Positions 29,052 to 39,005 of a stretch of DNA of 64,000 bases are shown here, piece after piece. The first letter of the stretch is position 1. Each line of letters begins with the position of its first letter. Made by a program: the position numbers and the translations under genes. The notes beneath the pieces are model-generated. The model was not told where the DNA came from and did no database searches. It saw nothing but the letters and a program-made list of their open reading frames with translations. Location of the stretch: positions 248,001 through 312,000 of the forward strand of contig NZ_SMNA01000001.1 of the NCBI RefSeq assembly GCF_004353825.1, given 5' to 3'. Source of the DNA: Occultella glacieicola. Lineage in GTDB: Bacteria; Actinomycetota; Actinomycetes; Actinomycetales; Beutenbergiaceae.

Positions 29052-30206
29052 ATGGAACGCACGGGCCGGGTCCAGATCTGGGCGGGCGTGAGCATGCTCG
29101 TGCTGTGTGTGCTCGTCGGCGTGGTCGAGGGAGCCACGGTCCTGTCGGCCGGGTCGTGGCTTCTTTTCGCAGGGTGGCTGGTGGCGTTCGGCACCTTTCT
29201 GGTGGGGGAGATCGTCCTCGCCGTCCGGCCCCTGCCGGCGACGGCCGGTGCGCGGCTGCTGCTCGTGGCGGTCCCGGTGCTCGCCAGCACCGCGGTCGTG
29301 CTGCTCTCCCCCAACCGGGGCGGCCTCAACCTCATCCTGCTGGTGCTCACCGCCGCCACCGCCGCGATCCATCTGGAACTGCGGGGCATCGCCACCGTCA
29401 TCGGGTGGAACTCCGCAGTCGTGCTCGCCCAGGGCGCTGCTCTGGGGCCCCTGGTGACCGAGCCCAACCGGCCGGTGGACCTCCTCCTCACGACGTTGCT
29501 CTACGCCGTGTTGCAGGCGGCCAGCGCCGCCATGATGTGGAGCCAGCGGCGTGTCGAGGAGGCACTCCAGGACCTCACCGTGGCCCATGTGGAACTGCGC
29601 AGCACGGGCGCGCTGCTGGCCGAGTCCAGCCAGGCCCAGGAGCGGTTGCGGATCTCCCGCGAACTGCACGACGTCCTCGGCCACCAGCTCACGGTGCTGT
29701 CCGTCGAGCTGGAGGTGGCCTCCCACCAGGTCGCCGGCCCGGGCCGCGAGCATGTCCTGCGGGGCCGGGCGATCACCCGCGAGGTGCTCGCCGACGTGCG
29801 GTCGGTGGTCGGGACCGAACGCCGCCGCCGCTTCGATCTCCCGGCCGCGCTGGCGGACGTGACCGAGGAGGTCCCGCACCCGCGGGTACATCTGACGATC
29901 GAACCCGGGCTCGTGGTGGACGACGAGCGGGCCGCCGTCATCGTGCGCGTCGTCCAGGAGGTCGCCACCAACACCATCCGTCACTCCCGGGCGGACAACC
30001 TGTGGATCGACCTCACCGCGGCCGACGGCACGGTCCGCCTCGACGCCCTCGACGACGGCCAGGGCGCGCCGCGCGTCGTCGCCGGGCACGGCCTGAACGG
30101 GCTTCGCGAACGCGTCGAGTCGCTCGGAGGGCGGGTCTCGCTCGACGGGTCTGCGGGCTTCCGGGTGCTCGCGGAGCTTCCGGCCCGCCGGCGGGTGCCG
30201 GCATGA
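29052..30206 (+). CDS. HisKA_3 sensor histidine kinase (DesK-like)
   Basis: Motifs ERLRISRELHDVLGH, QEVATNTIRHS, DDGQG and GHGLNGLRER. Confidence 0.95.
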   Translation: MERTGRVQIWAGVSMLVLCVLVGVVEGATVLSAGSWLLFAGWLVAFGTFLVGEIVLAVRPLPATAGARLLLVAVPVLASTAVVLLSPNRGGLNLILLVLTAATAAIHLELRGIATVIGWNSAVVLAQGAALGPLVTEPNRPVDLLLTTLLYAVLQAASAAMMWSQRRVEEALQDLTVAHVELRSTGALLAESSQAQERLRISRELHDVLGHQLTVLSVELEVASHQVAGPGREHVLRGRAITREVLADVRSVVGTERRRRFDLPAALADVTEEVPHPRVHLTIEPGLVVDDERAAVIVRVVQEVATNTIRHSRADNLWIDLTAADGTVRLDALDDGQGAPRVVAGHGLNGLRERVESLGGRVSLDGSAGFRVLAELPARRRVPA

Positions 30207-30865
30207 TCCGGGTGGTCCTCACCGACGACCAGACCCTGATGCGCGAGGGGTTGGAGAGTCTGCTCGCGATCAGCGGCGAGGTGGAGGTGATCGGGCACGC
30301 GGCCGACGGGGACGAGGCGTTGACCCTGGTCGCGGACCTCGCCCCGGACGTGCTGCTGCTCGACCTGCGGATGCCGAACCGGGACGGGATCGCCACCCTC
30401 GAGGAGCTTCGCCGGCGTGGCCTTGAGGTGCCGGTGCTGGTCCTGACGACCTTCGACGACGACGAACTCGTCCTGCGCGCGCTTCGCGCCGGCGCCAAGG
30501 GCTACCTGCTCAAGGATGTGAGGCTCGAGGAACTGGTGGGTGCCATCCGGACCCTGGCCGACGGCGGCACGCTGGTCCAGCCCGCGCTCACCGAACGCTT
30601 GCTGCAGGGGCTGGGCTCACTGCCCGTGCCCGACGACTTCACCCACCTGCCCACCCCCGAGCCGCTGAGCCCGCGCGAGACCGAGATCCTCCGGCTGCTG
30701 GCCAGCGGCTTCAGCAACCGCGAGATCGCCGAGGCACTCTCCCTGGCGGAGGGCACCGTGAAGAACTACATCTCCACGGTCCTGGCGAAGTTCGGCGTCA
30801 AGGACCGCACCCGCGCCGTGCTGCGCGCCCTCCATCTCGGCGTGCTGAGCACCCCCGGCTCCTGA
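30203..30865 (+). CDS. NarL/LuxR response regulator
   Basis: Motifs DDQ, LLDLRMP, LTTFDDDE and the HTH LSPRETEIL...SNREIA. ATGA overlap with the kinase. Confidence 0.95.
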   Translation: MIRVVLTDDQTLMREGLESLLAISGEVEVIGHAADGDEALTLVADLAPDVLLLDLRMPNRDGIATLEELRRRGLEVPVLVLTTFDDDELVLRALRAGAKGYLLKDVRLEELVGAIRTLADGGTLVQPALTERLLQGLGSLPVPDDFTHLPTPEPLSPRETEILRLLASGFSNREIAEALSLAEGTVKNYISTVLAKFGVKDRTRAVLRALHLGVLSTPGS

Positions 30866-30888
30866 GGACCGGGCGGCGGTCGCGTGGC

Positions 30889-31371
30889 TCAGCGGGCCGG
30901 GCGGAACGCCCGCCGGTAGAGCGCCCGCATCTCCTCGGTGAGCTCGGGGGCGGGGCCGTCGACGGGCGCGCCGGGCACCACTGTCGTGATCGGCAGCGTG
31001 GCGACCGGTCCGGGCTCGACGCCCCATTCGGCGAGCCAGCCGGCGAGCTGGGCGGACGAGGCCGCGTAGACGATCCGGCCGAGCCCGACCCAGCCGTGGG
31101 CGGCGGCACACATCGGGCAGTGCTCGCCGGAGGTGTACACGACCGCCGTGCGGCGCTCGGCGGGTGCGAGGTTCGCCACCGCCCAGCGGGCGATCGCGAA
31201 CTCCGGATGGCGGGTGTGGTCGCCGCCGGAGACCTGGTTGTGGTCGGCGAACAACTCGGTGCCGTCCGCACCGACCAGGATCGAGCCGAACGGCTCGTCC
31301 CCGGCTTCGAGGGCGGTGCGGGCGAGCGCCACGCAGCGCCGGAGGCGGTCCAGGTCGACGGCGGAGATCAT
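30889..31371 (-). CDS. Nucleoside/cytosine deaminase family protein
   Basis: Motifs PFGS, HPE and EHCPMC (Zn-binding). Confidence 0.9.
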   Translation of the reverse strand: MISAVDLDRLRRCVALARTALEAGDEPFGSILVGADGTELFADHNQVSGGDHTRHPEFAIARWAVANLAPAERRTAVVYTSGEHCPMCAAAHGWVGLGRIVYAASSAQLAGWLAEWGVEPGPVATLPITTVVPGAPVDGPAPELTEEMRALYRRAFRPAR

Positions 31372-31462
31372 GCCTCCCAGGGTGGCAGCCCGGGAGGCCC
31401 GAGCCGCACCGCCGGACCGGACGCCCGCATCTCGCGGGCGTCCGGTGGTGTGCTGGGGCTGC

Positions 31463-32332
31463 TCAGGCGTCGCGGCGCCGCAGTGCGACAGCCGCGGCGA
31501 TCATCGGGAAAAGTGCCCAGGCCGCGACCACCGCGGCGCCCTGCCAGGGCGTGAAGCCACCGGACCCGCCGAACGCGTCACTGACGGTGACGAAGGCCGT
31601 CGCGGCCGGCAGCGGCAGGTACTCCACGAGGTTCTGCACCCAGTCCAGGGTGATGAACTGCAGGATGCCAGGCAACAGGAGCAGCACGGTGAGCGCGACG
31701 GTCACGGACGCGGCGGTGGAGCGCAGGAGGGTGCCGACGCCGAGGGCGAACAACGCCGCCGCGACGAGGAAGGCGGTGGCGCCACCGACGATCTGCCAGG
31801 TGGTCCCGTCGGTCAGGCTCGGCACCTGGTCGTGCTCGCGCAGGATCGGCAGCGTCGCAGCGTAGGAGGCCGCGAATCCGATGACGCTCGTGACCACCGT
31901 GACCCCGGCGAGCGCGATCGCCTTCGCCGCGAGCACGGGCAGCCGGGTAGGCACGGCGGCGAACGTGGAGCGGATCATGCCGGAGGAGTACTCGTTCGTG
32001 ATGAGCAGGGCGCCGAGCACTGCGATCGTGAGCATGCCGAACTGGTAGCCGCCGGTGACGAGCTCGGCGCCGTGCACGTCCGCGAATGCCGCGGCGCCCT
32101 CGGGCGAGCCGAGACTGTCCGCGATCGCGGCAGCCTGGCCGACGGCCATGAGCGCCAGCAGCGCGACGGTGAGGCCGAGCGTCCACCACGTGGAGCGGAG
32201 CGAGAAGAGCTTCCGGCCTTCGGCGCCCAGGACGCCGGCGAAGTCGAGCCGTGCCGGCACGAGCGGCCGCACGCGGGGAACGGACTGCGCCACCTGCGTG
32301 GCGGGTCGAGGGGTGCTGGTCATGGCGGTCAT
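31463..32332 (-). CDS. ABC exporter permease
   Basis: Motifs EGRKLFSLRSTWW, ITNEYSSGMIRSTF and RRRDA C-terminus. Confidence 0.92.
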   Translation of the reverse strand: MTAMTSTPRPATQVAQSVPRVRPLVPARLDFAGVLGAEGRKLFSLRSTWWTLGLTVALLALMAVGQAAAIADSLGSPEGAAAFADVHGAELVTGGYQFGMLTIAVLGALLITNEYSSGMIRSTFAAVPTRLPVLAAKAIALAGVTVVTSVIGFAASYAATLPILREHDQVPSLTDGTTWQIVGGATAFLVAAALFALGVGTLLRSTAASVTVALTVLLLLPGILQFITLDWVQNLVEYLPLPAATAFVTVSDAFGGSGGFTPWQGAAVVAAWALFPMIAAAVALRRRDA

Positions 32333-33270
32333 CGGGTCGCTCCGGTGAGGATCGGTTCGGGTGCGGTGGTATCGGATCGGTACTCGACGGCGTCCTGCGT
32401 GAGCGCCATGTAGGCGGCTTCGAGCGACGCTTGCTGAGTGGCGAGTTCGTGCACGGCGATGCGGTGGGCCACCGCGGTGTCGCCGATGAGTTCCCCGCTC
32501 AGACCACGCACCTCCAGCGCGCCCGGCTCCGGTGAGGTGATCGTGCCACCGGCCGCGCGGAGCAGCGCTGCGAGATCCGTGGCCTGCGGCGACCGCACCC
32601 GGACCGTGCTGTCCAAGACCCCGTCGATGACCTCCTGCACCGGACCGGACGTGATGATCCGGCCCTTGCCGATCACGAGCAGCTGGTCGGCGGTCTGGGC
32701 CATCTCGCTCATCAGGTGCGAGGAGAGGAACACCGTGCGGCCCTGCGCGGCGAGCTGGCGCACGAGCGTACGGACCCACTGCACACCCTCGGGGTCGAGG
32801 CCGTTGACGGGCTCGTCGAGGATGAGGGTCTGCGGGTCGGCGAGCAGGGCGGAAGCGATACCGAGCCGCTGGCCCATGCCGAGGGAGAACCCGCCGACAC
32901 GCTTGTTCGCGACCGTGGCGAGGCCCGTCAGCTCGATGACGTCGTCCACGCGTTTCGGGCTGATGTGGTGGGTCGCCGCCATCACGGCGAGGTGGGCCCG
33001 GGCGGAGCGGCCCGGGTGCACGGCCTTCGCCTCGAGCAGGGCGCCGACCTCCCGCAGCGGGGTGCGGTGCTCGGCGTAGCGCTTGCCGTTGACCGTGACC
33101 CGGCCGGAGGTGGGTGCGTCGAGTCCGACGATCATGCGCATGGTGGTGGACTTGCCGGCGCCGTTCGGGCCGAGGAAGCCGGTGACGGTGCCCGGCCGGA
33201 CCGTGAAGCTGATGCCGTGGACGGCGGTCTTGTCGCCGTAGCGTTTGGTGAGCTCGTGTGCCTCGATCAT
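32329..33270 (-). CDS. ABC exporter ATP-binding protein (BcrA-like)
   Basis: Motifs GPNGAGKST, FSLGMGQRLG and LDEPVNGLDP. Confidence 0.95.
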   Translation of the reverse strand: MIEAHELTKRYGDKTAVHGISFTVRPGTVTGFLGPNGAGKSTTMRMIVGLDAPTSGRVTVNGKRYAEHRTPLREVGALLEAKAVHPGRSARAHLAVMAATHHISPKRVDDVIELTGLATVANKRVGGFSLGMGQRLGIASALLADPQTLILDEPVNGLDPEGVQWVRTLVRQLAAQGRTVFLSSHLMSEMAQTADQLLVIGKGRIITSGPVQEVIDGVLDSTVRVRSPQATDLAALLRAAGGTITSPEPGALEVRGLSGELIGDTAVAHRIAVHELATQQASLEAAYMALTQDAVEYRSDTTAPEPILTGATR

Positions 33271-33576
33271 GGGGATCTCTTCTCTCGTGGTCAGCGGTCG
33301 TGGCAGGCCCACGTGGGGTCCGCCCCCGACGGGCCGTCCGGACCTCGATGCGAGGGTTGTCGCGGGTCTCGGCTGCCGTCGACGCTACGGCTCAGGCCTT
33401 GCGGGCGGATCGCGCTCGAGACGGAAACGACAGAGCCGGACCATCGACCGAACGGATGAAGAATCGACCGCCCGGCCCGGGGTGAACCCTGACCCGCGTG
33501 TCGGCGCGAGTCAGGGTGCCGGTGGGTCGGAGCGCACAGGCGCAGGCTCATCGAGCCAGGGTTCACACTCCGCTGC

Positions 33577-34233
33577 TCAGGTGGGTTCGGCGATGCCCCG
33601 CGCGTACGCCCAGACCACCAGCTGCACCCGGTCCCGGGTGTCGGTCTTCGTCATGATCCGAGACAGGTGCGTCTTCACGGTGCTCGCCTCCAGGTGCAGC
33701 GCGGCCGCGATCTCGGCGTTCGAGGAGCCCCGACAGAGCAGCCCGAGGATGTCGTGCTCGCGGGCCGTCAGCAGCCGGGCCGCGGCGACGTCACGCGGTG
33801 TCGCGGACCGGCGCGTGGCGAACTCCCGCAGCACCCGCCTGGTCAGGCTCTGGTCCACCAGGCCTTCGCCGGACGCGACCCGCCGGACGGCGTCGACCAG
33901 GACGTCGGGGTCGGCGTCCTTGAGCAGGAACCCGCTCGCGCCGGCCTCGAGTGCACCGAACACGTAGTCGTCCAGATCGAACGTGGTCACCACCAGCACC
34001 GGGATCGGATCGGCGACGTCCGGGCCGGCGAGCGCGCGGGTCGCCGTGATCCCGTCACCGCCGGGCATCCGCACGTCCATGCAGACCACATCCGGGCGTA
34101 GTTCCCGCGCGATCCGGACACCGTCGACACCCCCGGACGCCTGCCCGACCACCTCGATGCCCTCGGAGCGCAGGATCACCTCGAAGCCGGCCCGCACCAC
34201 GGCCTGGTCGTCGACGAGCACCACGGTGGTCAT
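33577..34233 (-). CDS. NarL/LuxR response regulator
   Basis: Motifs VDDQAVVRAG, MDVRMP, TTFDLDDY and TVKTHL...RDRVQLV. Confidence 0.95.
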   Translation of the reverse strand: MTTVVLVDDQAVVRAGFEVILRSEGIEVVGQASGGVDGVRIARELRPDVVCMDVRMPGGDGITATRALAGPDVADPIPVLVVTTFDLDDYVFGALEAGASGFLLKDADPDVLVDAVRRVASGEGLVDQSLTRRVLREFATRRSATPRDVAAARLLTAREHDILGLLCRGSSNAEIAAALHLEASTVKTHLSRIMTKTDTRDRVQLVVWAYARGIAEPT

Positions 34234-35492
34234 GAGGTTCCTCCCGGTCGGGGGATGGTCAGCTGGACCTGCCAGGCTCCGCCGGCCACCGGGCCGGCGG
34301 AGAGGTCGCCGTGGAGCATCTGGGCGCGTTCGCGCATCCCGACCAGGCCGTGCCCCGTGGCGGCCGGCCGGCCGTCGGCGGGCGGTGGCGGAGTCGCCGG
34401 GTTGCGCACCGTGAGCACGCAGGCGGAGGGCGTGTACTCGCGGCGGATGTCGATGCCGCGGCCGGGTGCGTGGCGCCGCGCGTTGGAGAGGGCCTCCTGC
34501 AGCACCCGGTACAGGGTGAGCTCCGCCGTCGGGCCCAGGTCCCACGGCTCGCCGTCCACCCGGGCCGAGACCCGCGCGCCCGCGGCCCGGGCGCCGTCGA
34601 TCAGGTCGTCGACGTCCGCGAGGCCCGGCTGAGGGGTCTGTTCGGCACCACCCTCGCCGCGGAGCAGCCCGACGACGAGGCGCAGGTTGTCGAGGGTCTC
34701 GCGGCCCTGGGTCCGGATCCAGCGCATCGACTCGCGGGCCCGGGCCGGGTCGGCGCCGATCAGGCGTTCGGCCGCGGCCGCCTGCACCACGATCCCGGAG
34801 AGGTGGTGGGCGGCCACGTCGTGCAGTTCCCGGGCGATCCGGGACCGCTCGGCGGCCACGGCCTGCGCGGCCCGGCTCTGCTGCTCGGCCGCGGCCGCGT
34901 CCACCTGGGCCTGGAGCGAGGCGAGCAGCTGCCGACGGGTGCCGATGTACACGCCGACGAAGCACGCGATGCCGTACACGGCGAGCGCCGACGCGAGCGA
35001 GCCCAACAAGTTGACGACCGGGCCGCCGTCGGGAATCGCCTCCGGCCCGCCCAGGGTGACGTTCAGCAGGGCCTCGGCCACGGCAGCAGCGGCGACCGTG
35101 ACGGCGGCGGTGCGCCGGGGCGCATAGGCGCCGAGGGCGTAGGCGGCCACGGGGGTCGCGAGCCCCCGGAAGCTGACCAGGTCCGGCAGCAGCGGGGCCA
35201 TCAGGATCTGGGCGCCGACGGCGAGCCCGAAGCAGAGCACCGGCGCCCGGCGGCGCAGGATCAGGGCCGCGGACTGGGCCACCAGCAGGGCGTACACCAC
35301 GGCGCGAGGGGTGCCGGACAGGGCCTCGACGTCCAGGCCGAGCTCCTCGGCCATGCCGCCGGCGACCAGGACCTCGAGCCCGGCGAAGCCGATCACATTG
35401 AGGAGCGCGACCACACCGGCCACGACGGTGTCGCGGCCGGTGGTCGTGCGCGGGCGCAGGGTGGTGAGCCGGGCCCGCACCGGTTCGGTCAC
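34230..35492 (-). CDS. HisKA_3 sensor histidine kinase
   Basis: Motifs ERSRIARELHDVAAH, QEALSNARRHA and GHGLVGMRER. Confidence 0.95.
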   Translation of the reverse strand: MTEPVRARLTTLRPRTTTGRDTVVAGVVALLNVIGFAGLEVLVAGGMAEELGLDVEALSGTPRAVVYALLVAQSAALILRRRAPVLCFGLAVGAQILMAPLLPDLVSFRGLATPVAAYALGAYAPRRTAAVTVAAAAVAEALLNVTLGGPEAIPDGGPVVNLLGSLASALAVYGIACFVGVYIGTRRQLLASLQAQVDAAAAEQQSRAAQAVAAERSRIARELHDVAAHHLSGIVVQAAAAERLIGADPARARESMRWIRTQGRETLDNLRLVVGLLRGEGGAEQTPQPGLADVDDLIDGARAAGARVSARVDGEPWDLGPTAELTLYRVLQEALSNARRHAPGRGIDIRREYTPSACVLTVRNPATPPPPADGRPAATGHGLVGMRERAQMLHGDLSAGPVAGGAWQVQLTIPRPGGTS

Positions 35493-35537
35493 CTCATCGC
35501 CCCTCGTTCATCGTTCGGCCCAGCGTAGTGAGCCGCG

Positions 35538-36407
35538 TCATGCGAGGTCGCGGCGCCGGAAGGTCTCCAGCGCTCCGAAGCCGAGCACCAGGACCCACGC
35601 GCCCAGCGCGACGAGCCCGCCGAGGGCTCCGAGACCGGCCGGGCCGGCGAGCATCCCGGCGCCCGGGCCCACCGAGGCGAGCGAGCCGAGCCCGAGCGGC
35701 AGCCAGTCGGTGACGGCAGGACCACCCCCGCCGATGAAGCTCACGATGCCGCGCAGGATCGGCTCGGCGACGATCAGGGCGCCGACGGTGATCAGGGTGG
35801 CGACCTGGCCGCGGATCAGGGTGCCGATCGCCTGCCCGAGCCAGGTGAACAGGACCAGGACGGCGAGCCCGCGGCCCCAGATCCCGAGGACCTCACCCGG
35901 GCTCAGCGCGAGTTCCGCACCGGGGGTGATGGTGACCGCGAGGAACAGCCCGAGCGCAGTCAGGACCACCAGCCCCACCCCGACGATGCCCGCGACCGTG
36001 GCGCCCGCGGCGGCCTTCGCGGCCAGGATCCGGGGGCGGGACGGGGTGATCAGCGCGGTCGGCACGATGCCGCCGGTGCGCAGGTCGGTGGTCGCGACGA
36101 GGGCGCCGAGGACCAGCACGGCCATCACGGTGAGCCCGACGCTCGAGCTGCCCGGGCCGAGCGCGAGCAGGTCCAGCAGGGAGCGCTGCAGGGCGGGGCT
36201 GCCGAGGTCGGTGAGCGTGGCCAGGTCCGGGACGAGTTCGGCCGCGACCTCCGGCGGCAGGTCGCTGGTTCCCGAGCCCAAGGAGGTGACCAGGCGCGGC
36301 AGGGCCAGGGTCAGGCCCTGGACCCCGATCATCCCGATCCAGGCGACGGCGGCGATGATCCAGGCGGCCCGGGTGGTCCGGAGCTTGAGCAGTTCGGAGC
36401 GGTACAT
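35538..36407 (-). CDS. ABC exporter permease
   Basis: Starts SELLKLRTTR and ends RRRDLA. Multi-TM. Confidence 0.9.
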   Translation of the reverse strand: MYRSELLKLRTTRAAWIIAAVAWIGMIGVQGLTLALPRLVTSLGSGTSDLPPEVAAELVPDLATLTDLGSPALQRSLLDLLALGPGSSSVGLTVMAVLVLGALVATTDLRTGGIVPTALITPSRPRILAAKAAAGATVAGIVGVGLVVLTALGLFLAVTITPGAELALSPGEVLGIWGRGLAVLVLFTWLGQAIGTLIRGQVATLITVGALIVAEPILRGIVSFIGGGGPAVTDWLPLGLGSLASVGPGAGMLAGPAGLGALGGLVALGAWVLVLGFGALETFRRRDLA

Positions 36408-37120
36408 CAGAGCATCCCTTCGGAGGCGGCGGTCAGGTCGAGGTAGGCGTGCTCGAGGGTGTCGCCCGCCATGACGTCGGCGAGCGGCCCGTCGGCGAGC
36501 ACCCGCCCCTCACCGATGACCACGAGGTCGTCGGCCACCTGGGCGACCTCGGCGAGAACGTGAGAGGCGAGCAGGACGGTGCCTCCGCCGTCGGCGAACG
36601 AGCGCAGCATGCCGCGCAGCCAGGCCATGCCCGCGGGGTCGAGCCCGTTCGCGGGCTCGTCCAGGACGAGGATCCGCGGGTCGCCGAGCAGCGCGCCGGC
36701 GAGCCCGATGCGCTGGCGCATGCCGAGGGAGTAGGTGCCGACGCGGCGGTCCGCGGCGCGGGCCATCCCGACCTTCTCGAGGACGACGGCGACCGTCGCC
36801 TCGGGCAGTCGGGCGGCGGCGGCGAGGACCCGCAGGTGGTCGCGGCCGGTGCGGCCGGGGTGCAGGCCGCCGGTGTCGAGCAGGGCGCCGACGGTGCCGG
36901 CCGGGTGGTCCAGGTCTCCGTAGGCGCGGCCGTTGATCGCGGCGGTGCCCGACGTGGCCCGGGCGAGCCCGAGCAGGATGTTGACGCTCGTGGACTTGCC
37001 GGCCCCGTTCGGGCCGAGGAGCCCGACGACGCGCCCCTCCGCGGCCGTGAAGCTGACGCCGCGCAAGGCCTCGACGGGTCCGTACGACTTGTGGAGATCC
37101 GTGATCTCGATCGCGTGCAT
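36407..37120 (-). CDS. ABC exporter ATP-binding protein
   Basis: Motifs GPNGAGKST, YSLGMRQR and LDEPANGLDP. Confidence 0.95.
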   Translation of the reverse strand: MHAIEITDLHKSYGPVEALRGVSFTAAEGRVVGLLGPNGAGKSTSVNILLGLARATSGTAAINGRAYGDLDHPAGTVGALLDTGGLHPGRTGRDHLRVLAAAARLPEATVAVVLEKVGMARAADRRVGTYSLGMRQRIGLAGALLGDPRILVLDEPANGLDPAGMAWLRGMLRSFADGGGTVLLASHVLAEVAQVADDLVVIGEGRVLADGPLADVMAGDTLEHAYLDLTAASEGML

Positions 37121-37537
37121 GGGTTCCTCCGGCGATGGGTGGGTTGACGTGTTCAGCCTGTCCGGATCCGCGCGCGGAATCGTCTGGCGCAGGGGGGAAC
37201 CTGGGCGCCAACCTTTGGCGGACACGCGGGCGGACACGGGCGGGTGGTGGACGCGGGACGACGCGGCTGCCGAGTGCGGGACACCGGGTCCGAGGCGGGT
37301 CGGGGCGGTGTCCGTTGCGGTCCCCGACCGGAGGGGGTGTGGTCAGCGGGCTGAACCGGAGGTCCCACCGTGACCCTCGACCGACCCGGAGGTATCACCG
37401 GATCCGCCGGATACCCGACCGGGTCGGTGAGGGCGTCGGGCGCGACCGCTGACCAGCATCCGGACACCGGTGTTCCGGCTCGGTCACCGGCGAGGGCCGG
37501 TGTCAGGATGGACACAACCCCGAGCAAGGAGACCACG

Positions 37538-38437
37538 ATGGCGCTGCCCCACGACGACGACCCGAAGTTCACGGCCTACGCCAACCCGGAGCGGCTGGTG
37601 AGCACGCAGTGGCTCGCCGACCACCTCGGCGACCCCGGGCTGGCCGTCGTGGAGAGCGACGAGGACGTGCTGCTGTACGAGACGGGCCACATCCCGGGTG
37701 CGGTGAAGGTGGACTGGCACCTCGACCTGAACGACCCGGTCACGCGCGACTACGTGGACGGCGAAGGCTTCGCGAGACTCCTCGGCGGCAAGGGCATCTC
37801 CCGGGACACCACCGTCGTGATCTACGGGGACAAGAACAACTGGTGGGCCGCCTACGCCCTGTGGGTGTTCACGCTGTTCGGACACCCGGACGTGCGCCTG
37901 CTCGACGGCGGCCGGGCCAAGTGGGTGGCCGAGGGTCGCGAGTTCACCACCGACGTGCCGAGCCCGGCGCCCGTCGACTACCCGGTGGTCCCGCGCGAGG
38001 ACGACGGCGTGCGTGCGTTCAAGGAGGACGTGCTCGGCTTCCTCGGTGGACAGCTCGTGGACGTCCGGTCGCTCCCGGAGTACACCGGCGAGCGCACCCA
38101 CATGCCCGACTACCCGGACGAGGGCACCGTGCGCGGCGGCCATATCCCCGGTGCGCAATCGGTGCCGTGGGCCCGGGCCGCGAACGAGGACGGCACGTTC
38201 CGCTCCCGCGCCGAGCTGGACGCGATCTACCGTCAGGAGAAGGGCCTCACCCCGACGGAGCCGGTGATCGCCTACTGCCGCATCGGGGAGCGTTCCGCGC
38301 ACTCCTGGTTCGTCCTGCAGCACCTGCTGGGCTTCCCGGACGTCCGCAACTACGACGGTTCCTGGACCGAGTGGGGCAACTCCGTGCGGGTGCCGATCGC
38401 GCGCGGCACCGAGCCCGGGGAGATCCACGCTCGATGA
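37538..38437 (+). CDS. sseA: Thiosulfate sulfurtransferase (tandem rhodanese)
   Basis: Motifs [18 protein letters not shown], active site YCRIGERS and [19 protein letters not shown]. Confidence 0.92.
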   Translation: MALPHDDDPKFTAYANPERLVSTQWLADHLGDPGLAVVESDEDVLLYETGHIPGAVKVDWHLDLNDPVTRDYVDGEGFARLLGGKGISRDTTVVIYGDKNNWWAAYALWVFTLFGHPDVRLLDGGRAKWVAEGREFTTDVPSPAPVDYPVVPREDDGVRAFKEDVLGFLGGQLVDVRSLPEYTGERTHMPDYPDEGTVRGGHIPGAQSVPWARAANEDGTFRSRAELDAIYRQEKGLTPTEPVIAYCRIGERSAHSWFVLQHLLGFPDVRNYDGSWTEWGNSVRVPIARGTEPGEIHAR

Positions 38438-38498
38438 CGGCCCCCGCGGGGACCGGCGCCGGACGCGGCCCGATGGCCGCGATGGCAGACTTGGCTCC

Positions 38499-38951
38499 AT
38501 GATCGATACGTCCGACCTGCCCACGGCCCTGGCGGGCATCGTCGACGACTTCAACGCGCTCACGACGGCGGACCGGTTGCAGTTGCTGCTCGAGTTCTCC
38601 ACCGGTCTGCCCGAGCTGCCCGAACGGTACGCGGCGCACCCGGAGCTGCTCGAGGGCGTGCCGGAGTGCCAGTCGCCGATCTTCCTGATCGTCGAGGTCG
38701 ACGGCTCCGGCCCGGACGCGGTGGTGCACCTGTTCTTCTCGGCCCCGGCGGAAGCGCCGACGACCCGGGGCTTCGCCGGGATCCTGCACGAGGGCCTGGA
38801 CGGGCTCTCCGTCGCGGACGCCCTGGCGGTGCCGAACGACATCTCCGACCGGCTCGCACTCGCCGATGCCGTCAGCCCGCTGCGCCTGCGCGGCATGGCC
38901 GGCATGCTCGGCCGGATCAAGCGGCAGGTGCGGGAGAAGTCCGGGATCTGA
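38499..38951 (+). CDS. sufE: SufE family sulfur acceptor
   Basis: Motifs VPECQSP, EAPTTRGFAGIL and VSPLRLRG. It sits next to sseA, as in Rv3283-Rv3284. Confidence 0.88.
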   Translation: MIDTSDLPTALAGIVDDFNALTTADRLQLLLEFSTGLPELPERYAAHPELLEGVPECQSPIFLIVEVDGSGPDAVVHLFFSAPAEAPTTRGFAGILHEGLDGLSVADALAVPNDISDRLALADAVSPLRLRGMAGMLGRIKRQVREKSGI

Positions 38952-39005
38952 CCTCGGCTGGTTCGGCGGATCGGGCCCGAGCAGTCCGCGGGCCCCTGAC
39001 CTCGA

